DNA of 24,000 bases. Origin: Pleomorphomonas sp. PLEO (GTDB lineage Bacteria; Pseudomonadota; Alphaproteobacteria; Rhizobiales; Pleomorphomonadaceae). The first letter of the stretch is position 1; each line of letters begins with the position of its first letter. The stretch covers positions 656,660 to 680,659 of the forward strand of contig NZ_CP166625.1 in NCBI RefSeq assembly GCF_041320595.1, read 5' to 3'. This document shows positions 7,667 through 15,458 of this stretch, one piece after another. A program made the position numbers and the translations under genes. The notes under the pieces were generated by a model that saw only the letters and a program-made list of their open reading frames with translations, ran no database searches and was not told the DNA's origin.

Positions 7667-8776
7667 ATGACCGAGGCATTTACATTGGTGGAAAGCGGAA
7701 TGGACAAGCGGACGGAGCCGGCGGCCTCGCCGCTGCTTCTCGCCATGCGAGGTATCGTCAAGACATTTGGTCGCTCGACCGCGGTGGACGGCATTGACCT
7801 CGACGTACCCGAACGGGCATTCCTGACATTGCTCGGTCCGTCGGGGTGCGGCAAGACGACGGTTCTCCGAATGATTGCCGGTTTCGAGGCGCCGGATGCC
7901 GGTGAAATGCGTCTCGACAACACGCCGCTTGCCGACGTGCCACCCGAGCGGAGGCCCGTTAACACGGTCTTCCAATCCTATGCCCTCTTTCCTCATCTCA
8001 CCGTCAATGACAACGTCGCTTTCTCGTTGAAGCTTCGGGGTGGGGTTGCCGATATTGCCGCGCGCGTGCGGCGAGCGCTTGATGCCGTCCATATGGCCGA
8101 TTTTGGCGAGCGTTATCCGCATCAGCTTTCCGGTGGGCAGCAGCAACGCGTCGCGGTGGCGCGATCGATCATCGCCGAGCCGCGCCTTTTGCTGCTTGAT
8201 GAACCTCTGTCGGCCCTCGACCGCAAGATGCGTGGTCATCTCCAGATCGAGCTGAAGGCCCTGCAACGGCGTCTCGGCATCGCTTTCGTCTATGTGACGC
8301 ATGACCAGGAAGAAGCCTTCGCGCTATCCGACATCGTGGTGGTGATGAACAAGGGGCGCATCGCTCAGAAAGCCGACCCACAGACAATCTATAGTCGCCC
8401 AGCCGACAGCTTCGTGGCCGATTTCATTGGCAACTCGACCCTGGTCGAAGGGCGAGTCCTCGAGCGCCGTGGGGAGGTGGCGACGATTGAAACCGCGCTT
8501 GGCGCGATTACCGCGCCGGCTGCCGAGGGGCTCGCTGCCGGCGACCTAGCCATGCTGGTCATCCGTCCCGAGTTGTTGTCAACGCGCGGGGAAGGGGAGG
8601 CGACCTTTACTGGCGACGTCAGTAACTGCGTCTTCCAGGGCGAGCGGAGCATGATGCAGGCCGAAGTCGCCGGGATATCTCTGCGCTTTGCTGCCGAAAT
8701 ACCCTATTCCGTTGGCACGCCGGTTGCTCTCTGGCTTGATGCAGACCGCAGCTTCATCACGAGGATCGTCGCATGA
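7667..8776 (+). CDS. ABC transporter ATP-binding protein, PotA-like, 369 aa
   Basis: Walker A GPSGCGKTT, signature LSGGQQQRVA, Walker B LLLLDEPLSALD, and a C-terminal TOBE-like regulatory region. Start is uncertain: TTG 7631, ATG 7667 or ATG 7700. Confidence 0.88.
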   Translation: MTEAFTLVESGMDKRTEPAASPLLLAMRGIVKTFGRSTAVDGIDLDVPERAFLTLLGPSGCGKTTVLRMIAGFEAPDAGEMRLDNTPLADVPPERRPVNTVFQSYALFPHLTVNDNVAFSLKLRGGVADIAARVRRALDAVHMADFGERYPHQLSGGQQQRVAVARSIIAEPRLLLLDEPLSALDRKMRGHLQIELKALQRRLGIAFVYVTHDQEEAFALSDIVVVMNKGRIAQKADPQTIYSRPADSFVADFIGNSTLVEGRVLERRGEVATIETALGAITAPAAEGLAAGDLAMLVIRPELLSTRGEGEATFTGDVSNCVFQGERSMMQAEVAGISLRFAAEIPYSVGTPVALWLDADRSFITRIVA

Positions 8777-9633
8777 TTTTCCGCCAGCGCCATCTTGCGC
8801 TGCCGGTCGCGGCGGCGATCGTCGCGGGTTGTCTTGCACCACTCGCCGTCCTCGTTGCCTTCAGTTTCTATGAGGTGGAAGATTTCGACCTGGTTCCAGC
8901 CTTCTCGTTCAGGGCCTGGGGGGAACTTGCCTTTTCCTCGACCGATTGGTTCCTGATCGGCAAAGCCGTTCTGTCCGGGCTTTCAACCACCGTGTTCACG
9001 GCCCTTCTCGGCTATCCGGTGGCGCTGGCGCTGACGCGGCTTGCCGCGTCGGGGAAAGGGCTCGCCATCATTATGCTGCTAACGCCGCTTTATACCGGCG
9101 AGATCGTTCGCATCTATGCCTGGCGGATCGTTCTGGGTGGCGAGGGGCTGGTCAACACGCTGCTCCAGGGATTGGGAGTGATCGACCAGCCGTTGAAATT
9201 CCTGCTGTTTTCGCCCTTCACCATCGGTCTTGTCCTCACCTACAACAATCTGCCGTATATGGTGCTTGCCATCTGGGTGTCGGCCGAAATGGTGGATCGT
9301 CGGCTGATCGAGGCCGCGCGCGATCTCGGTGCCCGGCCGATCGACGCCTTCTTCCGCGTCATTTTCCCGCTGACCACGCCGGGTTTGGCTGCCGGCAGCC
9401 TCACCGTCTTTGCCTTGGCGGCCGGCGAGATGCTGACGCCGAGCCTTCTTGGCGGGACGTCGGGGTCCACCGCCATGGCGCTGGTCGACAATCTGTTCGG
9501 TACTGCGTTCGATTGGCCACTTGCTTCGGCATTGGCTCTGGCGCTGCTCGCAACCCTGTTCCTCGTCGCCTCGGCCATGGCGGGATTGCTGTTGCGCTTC
9601 AAGGGCGCGCGGGCCGTGATGGGGAGGGTATGA
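8773..9633 (+). CDS. ABC transporter permease, PotB-like, 286 aa
   Basis: Multi-TM protein with the EAA loop IEAARDLGARPIDAFFRVIFPLTTPGL. Its ATG overlaps the ATPase stop (ATGA at 8773-8776). Confidence 0.88.
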   Translation: MIFRQRHLALPVAAAIVAGCLAPLAVLVAFSFYEVEDFDLVPAFSFRAWGELAFSSTDWFLIGKAVLSGLSTTVFTALLGYPVALALTRLAASGKGLAIIMLLTPLYTGEIVRIYAWRIVLGGEGLVNTLLQGLGVIDQPLKFLLFSPFTIGLVLTYNNLPYMVLAIWVSAEMVDRRLIEAARDLGARPIDAFFRVIFPLTTPGLAAGSLTVFALAAGEMLTPSLLGGTSGSTAMALVDNLFGTAFDWPLASALALALLATLFLVASAMAGLLLRFKGARAVMGRV

Positions 9634-10418
9634 TGGGACGAGCCAGCCTTTCCGTACTGATCGTCGCGGCCGGATTTCTCTATCTGCCGCTCGTCGTGCT
9701 CGCGGTGTTTTCCTTCAACGATTCCGCATTGATGGCCTTTCCGCTGTCCGGCTTCACCTTCGAATGGTATCGCGAGCTGGCGCAGAACGAGAATTTCCTC
9801 AAGGGGTTCGTCACCTCGTTTCTGATTTCGCAGCCGGTCGGTATTCTCGCCATGCTGTTCGGCCTGATGGCCTCGCTCGCCCTGACGGCGCCGGGATTTC
9901 GCTGGCGCGGCCTTTTCGCCGTCCTGCTGCTGATCCCCTTCCTGGTGCCGAAGAGCGTTCTGTCGATCGCCCAGGCCATGATCATGAGCCGCGTCGGTTT
10001 CGAGCGTGGGGCCACAGCGTTGATCCTGGCGCAGTCGCTGGTCGCGCTGCCCTTCGCTACGGCGCTGATCTCGGCGGTGATGGTGCGTCTGGATCCCCGT
10101 CTCATAGAGGCGGCGCGCGATCTGGGCGCCACGCCCTGGCAAGCCTTCCTGCGGGTGCTGTTGCCGCAAATCAGGCCGGCGCTGTCGGGTGCCTATTCGG
10201 TTGGCGTGATCCTGTCGCTGGCCGATCTGACCATCGCCATGTTCCTCGCCGGCCGAACCCAGCCGCTATCGCTGATGGTCGCCTCGGAATTCCGGCGCGA
10301 ACTCAGGCCCGATCTCAACGCCATGCAGGTGGTGGTGCTCGTCCTGACGGCGCTGCTGGTTGGCCTGAGCGAGGCGTATCGCCGCCGCCGGTTACGCAGG
10401 CTCGCTGCAAGCGCTTGA
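9630..10418 (+). CDS. ABC transporter permease, PotC-like, 262 aa
   Basis: Begins MMGRASLSVLIVAAGFLYLPLVV. EAA loop IEAARDLGATPWQAFLRVLLPQIRPAL. Its ATG at 9630 overlaps the PotB-like stop (GTATGATG). The track's 490-aa ORF (8946..) is this gene plus a spurious upstream extension lying out of frame over the PotB-like gene. Confidence 0.85.
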   Translation: MMGRASLSVLIVAAGFLYLPLVVLAVFSFNDSALMAFPLSGFTFEWYRELAQNENFLKGFVTSFLISQPVGILAMLFGLMASLALTAPGFRWRGLFAVLLLIPFLVPKSVLSIAQAMIMSRVGFERGATALILAQSLVALPFATALISAVMVRLDPRLIEAARDLGATPWQAFLRVLLPQIRPALSGAYSVGVILSLADLTIAMFLAGRTQPLSLMVASEFRRELRPDLNAMQVVVLVLTALLVGLSEAYRRRRLRRLAASA

Positions 10419-10422
10419 TCGC

Positions 10423-11232
10423 TCAGCCGGAGAAGGCCGTTTTGGGGGTCAGCCGATCAAGGTCAAAGGCAGCAACGTCCCCCAACAGTGAAACGAAAGC
10501 CGACCCGGCGCGATCGACGATGATCCGTCCCTTTTCGGCAGTGGCGACCTTGGCATTGCCGGCAACGCCCTTGGGGTGAAGATCCTGCGCCTGCCAGCCG
10601 AAGCCGACGGCGCCCTCTGCGGTCAGCAGGCTGCCGGAAGCCTCGATCTCCACCGTCAGCGGAACGAAATCCTCGGCTTTGTCCATGGCAACGAGATCGC
10701 CGTGCAGATGCAGCATGACGCTGGTCTCGAGATCTCCGCCGTGAATGCCATGCGCCGATTCGGCGGCTGGAATGATGTCGTCGACTGTCGTGATGCGGAA
10801 CCACGAGCAGGCAACCGCCAGCATGCCGAGCTTCACCCGGATATCGCGGCAAACGATGTCGATCAGGGCGATCTGACCACCATGAGCATTGAAGAACACC
10901 AGCTTGCGGACGCCGGCGCGATGAACGCTTTCGGCGATTTCAAACCAGATGCGTGCCAGCGTTTCGCCCGTAACGGCAATCGTTCCGGGAAAAGCGATGT
11001 GCTCATCGGACTTGCCGTAGGGCAATGGAGGCAGCACCAGAACGTCGGTATCGGCGGCGAGTTTGGCGAGCGCATCGGCCAATACGCCGGCATTGATTGC
11101 CGCGTCGACACTGACCGGCAAGTGGGGGCCGTGTTGCTCGACCGCGCCGACGGGCAGCACCGCGACCGTCTTTGAAAGATCGCGGCCTGCGAAGTCGGCG
11201 GTCGAGAGATTCCACCAGGAAAAGGATGTCAT
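10423..11232 (-). CDS. Creatininase-family amidohydrolase (creatinine amidohydrolase / MftE / ArfB superfamily), 269 aa
   Basis: Family motifs VEQHGPHLP, GKSDEHIAFPGT, FFNAHGGQ, HGGDLETS. True start is MTSFSWWNL (ATG 11232), 8 nt after the ligase stop. The track's 365-aa ORF carries an Arg/Gly-rich spurious extension that overlaps the ligase gene. Confidence 0.85.
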   Translation of the reverse strand: MTSFSWWNLSTADFAGRDLSKTVAVLPVGAVEQHGPHLPVSVDAAINAGVLADALAKLAADTDVLVLPPLPYGKSDEHIAFPGTIAVTGETLARIWFEIAESVHRAGVRKLVFFNAHGGQIALIDIVCRDIRVKLGMLAVACSWFRITTVDDIIPAAESAHGIHGGDLETSVMLHLHGDLVAMDKAEDFVPLTVEIEASGSLLTAEGAVGFGWQAQDLHPKGVAGNAKVATAEKGRIIVDRAGSAFVSLLGDVAAFDLDRLTPKTAFSG

Positions 11233-11240
11233 GTCGTCGC

Positions 11241-12851
11241 TCACGCTGCGGCTTCGGCGGCGAGTGTCGCCTTGGCGATTTTGCCGGTTGGCGTCATGGG
11301 AAGGCTCGTCGCCTTGCGGATGATCAGCGGCGTCAAGTCGTAGGGTACGAGCGCTGCGATGGTCGCCTTGAGCGCGGCAAGATCGACCGTTTCCCCGTGG
11401 CGCTCTGTTATGTAGGCGATTGGGGTACTCCCACCAGCGGGATTGGGCACGCCGACCAGCGCGGCCAGCAGTACGCCCGGTTGAGCCGCGAGCGCCTCCT
11501 CGACGTCCCGAGGGAACCAATCTACGCCATCTACCGTGACGAGTTCGGCAACGCGGCCGCGCATGGTCACATAGCCATCGGCATCGATGCTGCCGAGATC
11601 GCCGGAATGCAGCCAGCCGCCCCGCGTTGCTTCAGCTGTTTTCTCTGGCCGGCCCCAGTAGCCGGCCATGAAGCCACCCCTCAGGCAGATCTCACCCACG
11701 GTTCCAATGGGAGCTCGGGTGCCGGAGGTGGTCAGGATCGCCACCTCCTTGTCCGGCGTGCCCGGCCCGACGCGAACCAGTTTGCCGTCATCCCGTTCGA
11801 GTTCGGGAAAGCCGAGGGCGAAGAAACCGCCGATTTCACTTTGGCCAAAACTTTCGACCAACGGCAGCTTCAACACGTCGCGGAAGGCCTTTCGCAAGGT
11901 AGGAGGTACCGGCCCTCCGCCTGAAAGCCCAAAGCGCAGCGGTGATGGCAGTCGGCCACGCGTCTGCGATTCCTCGAGAAGTTCGGTCAGCACAACCGGA
12001 TTGCCGACGAACACGGTGGCTCCGGTCCGTTCGAGCGCGTCCCAGCCGGTCGCCTGCGTCCACTTTCCCATGACATTGACGATGGCACCGGCCGCCATCG
12101 GTGGCAGCAGGTTGGCCACCAGCTGATAGGAGCTCGACAGGGCCGTCGGGCCGAAGGAGCGGTCGGCGGCGCGGATGCGCAGTCGTTCGCCAATGCAGCG
12201 GGCGGCAGTAACGGTCGGCTCGTGGGCGAGGCAGGCGCCTTTGGGTTTGCCCGTTGTGCCAGAAGTGTAGGAAAGATGGGCGATCGCCGTGGCGTCTTCA
12301 GGGTCGGTCGGTGGGGCAAAGTTGGCCGCCATCAGTTCCGGCAGCGCGTGGGCGCCGTCCTGTGGACCGTCCATGCAGATGAGATGAGAGACGCAACCTA
12401 TCGCCGCGGCGGCAGCCTTCACCGGTCCTTCCATGTCGTGGGTATAGATGATCGCCTTGGGACGGTGATCGCCGACGTAATAGGCGAGATCGTCGGCGTA
12501 TTTCACGTTCACCAAGGCCGAGATGGCGCCGAGTCGCCAAATCCCGAGCATGGCCAGGAGATAATCCATGCCGTTATGGGCGAAGATCAGCACCCGGTCA
12601 CCGGGCGAGATGCCGAGGTGAGCCAAGGCACCGGCCATTCTCTCCATGCCGCCTACCGCTTGTTCGGCGGTGAGCGCCAGGTTGCGATCCACCCAGTTGA
12701 GGGCAGGAGCGTCCGGGACGCGCTCGGCGGCGCGATAGAGCAGGTGGTGCATCAGCATGGGGTGGCGGCTTCCTTGGCGAGCGGCGTCATATGCACCGAA
12801 CATGGGCACGCCGGCGGGCGAAGGAAATTCAATGCCCGACATAGACTTCAT
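11241..12851 (-). CDS. AMP-dependent synthetase/ligase (acyl-CoA synthetase-like adenylate-forming enzyme), about 536 aa
   Basis: Adenylation motifs LSYTSGTTGKPKG, GWLHSGDLGSIDADGYVTMRGR and PTGKIAK. Start is uncertain. ATG 12851 is the longest start that clears the upstream gene. ATG 12758 has an AAGGAAG motif 11 nt upstream. The track start at 13079 overlaps the activase gene and is rejected. Confidence 0.85.
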   Translation of the reverse strand: MKSMSGIEFPSPAGVPMFGAYDAARQGSRHPMLMHHLLYRAAERVPDAPALNWVDRNLALTAEQAVGGMERMAGALAHLGISPGDRVLIFAHNGMDYLLAMLGIWRLGAISALVNVKYADDLAYYVGDHRPKAIIYTHDMEGPVKAAAAAIGCVSHLICMDGPQDGAHALPELMAANFAPPTDPEDATAIAHLSYTSGTTGKPKGACLAHEPTVTAARCIGERLRIRAADRSFGPTALSSSYQLVANLLPPMAAGAIVNVMGKWTQATGWDALERTGATVFVGNPVVLTELLEESQTRGRLPSPLRFGLSGGGPVPPTLRKAFRDVLKLPLVESFGQSEIGGFFALGFPELERDDGKLVRVGPGTPDKEVAILTTSGTRAPIGTVGEICLRGGFMAGYWGRPEKTAEATRGGWLHSGDLGSIDADGYVTMRGRVAELVTVDGVDWFPRDVEEALAAQPGVLLAALVGVPNPAGGSTPIAYITERHGETVDLAALKATIAALVPYDLTPLIIRKATSLPMTPTGKIAKATLAAEAAA

Positions 12852-12904
12852 TGAAAGTCGCCAATTGACGCCCGCAGATCGAACCTTACGTTTGTCGCGC
12901 CGCT

Positions 12905-13774
12905 TCAGGGTAACCAGACCGACGGCACCGCTACCTCGGCAACGCCGTTGGCCCTTAGAGTGGCGGCCGCAGCTTCGACGCCAGCGCGCGGCATGGGCAG
13001 CCAACTGGCGGCTGGTCCGCGCACCCCGTGGTGTTGGAAGGCGTTGAGGCGGAGGCGCGTCTGCGAACCGAGTGCGCATGCCAGAGTGGCGAGGGCTGCG
13101 ATTTCCTCAGGATGGTCGGTCTCGCCGGGAATCAGCAGGAAGCGCAATTCGTAGAGCTTGCCGGCGTCGGCCAGCAGTCTGGCCGAGGCGAGCGACAGAT
13201 CGTTGTCGGTGCCGGTGAGGCGGCGGTGGCGCTCGGTGTCGAAAGCCTTGATGTCGAGCATGACGCCATCGGTCAGCGGCAGTACCTTTTGCCAGCCTTC
13301 GGCCGGCAGATGGCCGTTGCTGTCGATGAACAGCGTCAGATGGGCGAGGTCCGGCGCCGCCTTGACGGCCGTGAACAGGTCGATCAGGAAGTCGAGCTGC
13401 AACGTCGCCTCACCGCCTGACACGGTGAGGCCGTTGAGGAAGGGGGCATTGCGGCGGAGAAGGCCAAGTACGTCCTCCACCGTCATGCGCTTTACCATCG
13501 GGTTGGCGCGTGTCGGGCAAGCCGCAAGGCAGCTATCGCAGGCAATGCAGACAGCGGGGTCGTGGGCAACCTTGCGACCGGTTCGGTTCAGCGCGCCCGA
13601 CGGGCAAACGGCAACGCAGGCGCCGCAGTCGCAGCAGACGCCGATGGTGTGCGGGTTGTGACAGGTGATGCAACGATAGTTGCAGCCCTGCAGGAACAGG
13701 ACGAAGCGATTTCCCGGCCCGTCGACTACCGACCAGGTCAGGAATTTGCTGACGGCGGCGACGCCGTTAGACAC
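12905..13774 (-). CDS. Glycyl-radical enzyme activating protein (radical SAM), YjjW-like, 289 aa
   Basis: N-terminal GRE-activase signature VVDGPGNRFVLFLQGCNYRCITCHNP (CX3CX2C). Two ferredoxin-type CX2CX2CX3CP motifs (CCDCGACVAVCP, CIACDSCLAACP). SAM-binding-like TVSGGEATL. The GTG start overlaps the upstream GRE stop by 8 nt (GTGTCTAA). Confidence 0.88.
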   Translation of the reverse strand: MSNGVAAVSKFLTWSVVDGPGNRFVLFLQGCNYRCITCHNPHTIGVCCDCGACVAVCPSGALNRTGRKVAHDPAVCIACDSCLAACPTRANPMVKRMTVEDVLGLLRRNAPFLNGLTVSGGEATLQLDFLIDLFTAVKAAPDLAHLTLFIDSNGHLPAEGWQKVLPLTDGVMLDIKAFDTERHRRLTGTDNDLSLASARLLADAGKLYELRFLLIPGETDHPEEIAALATLACALGSQTRLRLNAFQHHGVRGPAASWLPMPRAGVEAAAATLRANGVAEVAVPSVWLP

Positions 13775-15305
13775 CCGAACCTGCCATCAGCTCCAGCCCG
13801 ACAACCCGAGGCTTACGGGCGAGAATATGCACCGTTTCAGCCGCCTCAGCCCCAAGCGCTGTCGTATTGACGCGCGATCCTTTCGCCGCGTTGTAAAGCT
13901 TGACGTCGGAGAGGCGAATCATGAAGCCGGTGACGCGCACCAGATCGTTGCCGGCGACATTGGCGGTGAACTCACGGAAGCCGAGTTGCAGGGCACCCTT
14001 GGCAAGCTGGAACACCGCTTCGGGGTTGGCTCGCACCGTTTCGTCGAGGGTCAGGATCTCCGATACGCCTGAAAGATAGTGCTGGTGGTGCGGCAAGAGC
14101 GCCTGCACGTGGCTGACCGGGTCGGGCTCGCTGCCATAGGGAATGCGCACGCCGGGGGTGGTGCCGGCGTCGCTGGAGAGGCCGGCCTGGGCGTGCAGCA
14201 TGGCAACCCCGCGCCAGACGTGCTCCATCGGTTCGCGGGCGACAAGCTCGGCGAGACGGGCCGAAATGCGGTGGCCAAGGGCGTTGGCCGCGGCATCATG
14301 GCCGTAGCGGCCAGGCCGTCCGGCGATATCCTGCAACTGATTGACCGCCTCGGCCATGGCGAAGATGCCGAACATCGCCGTGAAGCGGTCCTTGTCGATC
14401 CAGCCTTCCTCGACGAGGAAGTTGCCGTCGAAGAAGCCCGACTGGCGGAACAGATAGTCGATGCGGGCGCGCATCAGGCGGGCGTTGAGATTGACGTAGC
14501 GCGGCAGCTGGACATCGAGAAATTCGGCCTCGCTGGCGCTTGCCTCGGCCACCTTCTTGAGATTGATCCGGGCAAGCGACGCGGCGCCGCCCCTGAGAGG
14601 CAGGGCGTTGTAGCAGCTGACGATGGCGTAGCCCGGCTCGTCGAACACTTCGCGGTGGATCGGGTGGTTGGCGATGTGGGGCTTGGAGCAGGCGATGATG
14701 TTGTCGGTGCAAAGCCGCAGCATGGCTTCGCCGCTGACTTCGGGGTCGTAGAGAAAGGTGAGGTTGGGCGCTACCTGCTTCAGCTCGGCGTCGACACGGA
14801 GAATGGCGCGGGCGACGCGGTTGTCGGTGGGGCCGATGTTGGCGTGCAGGAAGGCGTCCGGCAGCACACGGTCGATGTAGCGCCAGAACAGCTTGATCTT
14901 GCGATAGAGGTCGTCGTCGGAAACGCCGTCGCAGAAGGGCAGGAGCAGCGCGTCAAGATGGCCGATAAACACCGGCATGCCGGTTACGGAGGGTACGTGA
15001 TGGTAGGCGATCTGCAATGTGCTGATTGCTTCGTCAAGCGTTTCCGGCTTCGGCAGCTCCAGATGTTCGGAGCCGTTCCGTAGTACCACCTCGTAGTCGG
15101 GCAGCACGTAGCGCGGCTTGTAGGGCGCGTGTCCCTCGTACATGTCGCAGATGATGCGGGCATCAAGCGCGGCGCGCGTCTCGGTGTCGAGCAGCACGTA
15201 GGGCAGCATATTCTCGGCTTCGATCGCCAGCGCATGTGCCTTCTGCTTGAAGCTCAGGGTTGGGTTCTGCGCGATCCTGCGCAGCTGGCTCAGCGTTTCG
15301 GTCAT
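13767..15305 (-). CDS. Short glycyl radical enzyme, YjjI-family-like, 512 aa
   Basis: C-terminal glycine-radical loop NDLVRVTGFMIRLSD matches the RVxG[FYW] GRE fingerprint and lies 52 aa from the C-terminus. The ~510 aa size matches E. coli YjjI, not the 750-850 aa of classical GREs. It is translationally coupled to a GRE activase. Start placed at MTETLSQLRR (ATG 15305; GAGGAA RBS 6 nt upstream) rather than the track's 15344. Confidence 0.75.
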   Translation of the reverse strand: MTETLSQLRRIAQNPTLSFKQKAHALAIEAENMLPYVLLDTETRAALDARIICDMYEGHAPYKPRYVLPDYEVVLRNGSEHLELPKPETLDEAISTLQIAYHHVPSVTGMPVFIGHLDALLLPFCDGVSDDDLYRKIKLFWRYIDRVLPDAFLHANIGPTDNRVARAILRVDAELKQVAPNLTFLYDPEVSGEAMLRLCTDNIIACSKPHIANHPIHREVFDEPGYAIVSCYNALPLRGGAASLARINLKKVAEASASEAEFLDVQLPRYVNLNARLMRARIDYLFRQSGFFDGNFLVEEGWIDKDRFTAMFGIFAMAEAVNQLQDIAGRPGRYGHDAAANALGHRISARLAELVAREPMEHVWRGVAMLHAQAGLSSDAGTTPGVRIPYGSEPDPVSHVQALLPHHQHYLSGVSEILTLDETVRANPEAVFQLAKGALQLGFREFTANVAGNDLVRVTGFMIRLSDVKLYNAAKGSRVNTTALGAEAAETVHILARKPRVVGLELMAGSGV

Positions 15306-15458
15306 GGCGGTTCCTCGTTGTCGGGCACGTGCGTCGTGTTCCATGATACGCCGCTGACGGCGGCGCAGCCATGGTTTGGCGGCATCAAGCGAGATAAAGA
15401 GCGTCTTGTCCAGACGGAGGGTTACCGATCAGCGGCTCCGATGTGCCATTTTCGCGAC

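Noticed and set aside
7190-8302. 370-aa minus-strand ORF. Similar long ORFs occur at 9240..10169(-), 14079..15083(+), 17132..18172(+), 18603..19385(-), 2108..2881(+), 12222..12854(+), 11172..11924(+) and 4655..5215(-).
   Set aside because: Each lies antisense to, or out of frame over, a gene with clear family motifs (ABC components, GRE, RpiR, NSAR, GGDEF-EAL, ligase, LysR). Their translations are Arg/Gly/Pro/Ala-rich and low in complexity, as expected for stop-poor non-coding frames in high-GC DNA. None has a recognisable motif.
8946-9629. N-terminal 228 aa of the 490-aa track ORF 8946..10418.
   Set aside because: This part overlaps the PotB-like permease in another frame and reads as Arg/Gly-rich noise. 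The real PotC-like permease starts at ATG 9630, coupled to the PotB-like stop.
11233-11520. Upstream extensions of track ORFs: creatininase to 11520, ligase to 13079, RpiR to 18415, GRE to 15344, NSAR from 18267.
   Set aside because: The extensions overlap upstream genes or intergenic DNA and lack protein-like composition. Internal starts with RBS motifs give family-typical lengths and N-termini.
10423-13774. Mycofactocin/RiPP-like interpretation (radical SAM enzyme plus creatininase-family MftE-like peptidase).
   Set aside because: The radical SAM protein has the N-terminal GRE-activase signature and sits beside a protein with an RVTGF glycyl-radical loop. There is no room for a precursor-peptide or MftB-like gene, because the intergenic gaps are 53 and 8 nt. 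The GRE-pathway reading is preferred.
15375-15388. FNR/FixK-like half-box upstream of the GRE gene (minus strand TTGATGCCGCCAAA).
   Set aside because: Only the left half-site TTGA(T) matches TTGA-N6-TCAA. The right half (CAAA) has two mismatches. That is too weak to call an anaerobox, although O2-responsive control of this operon remains worth testing.
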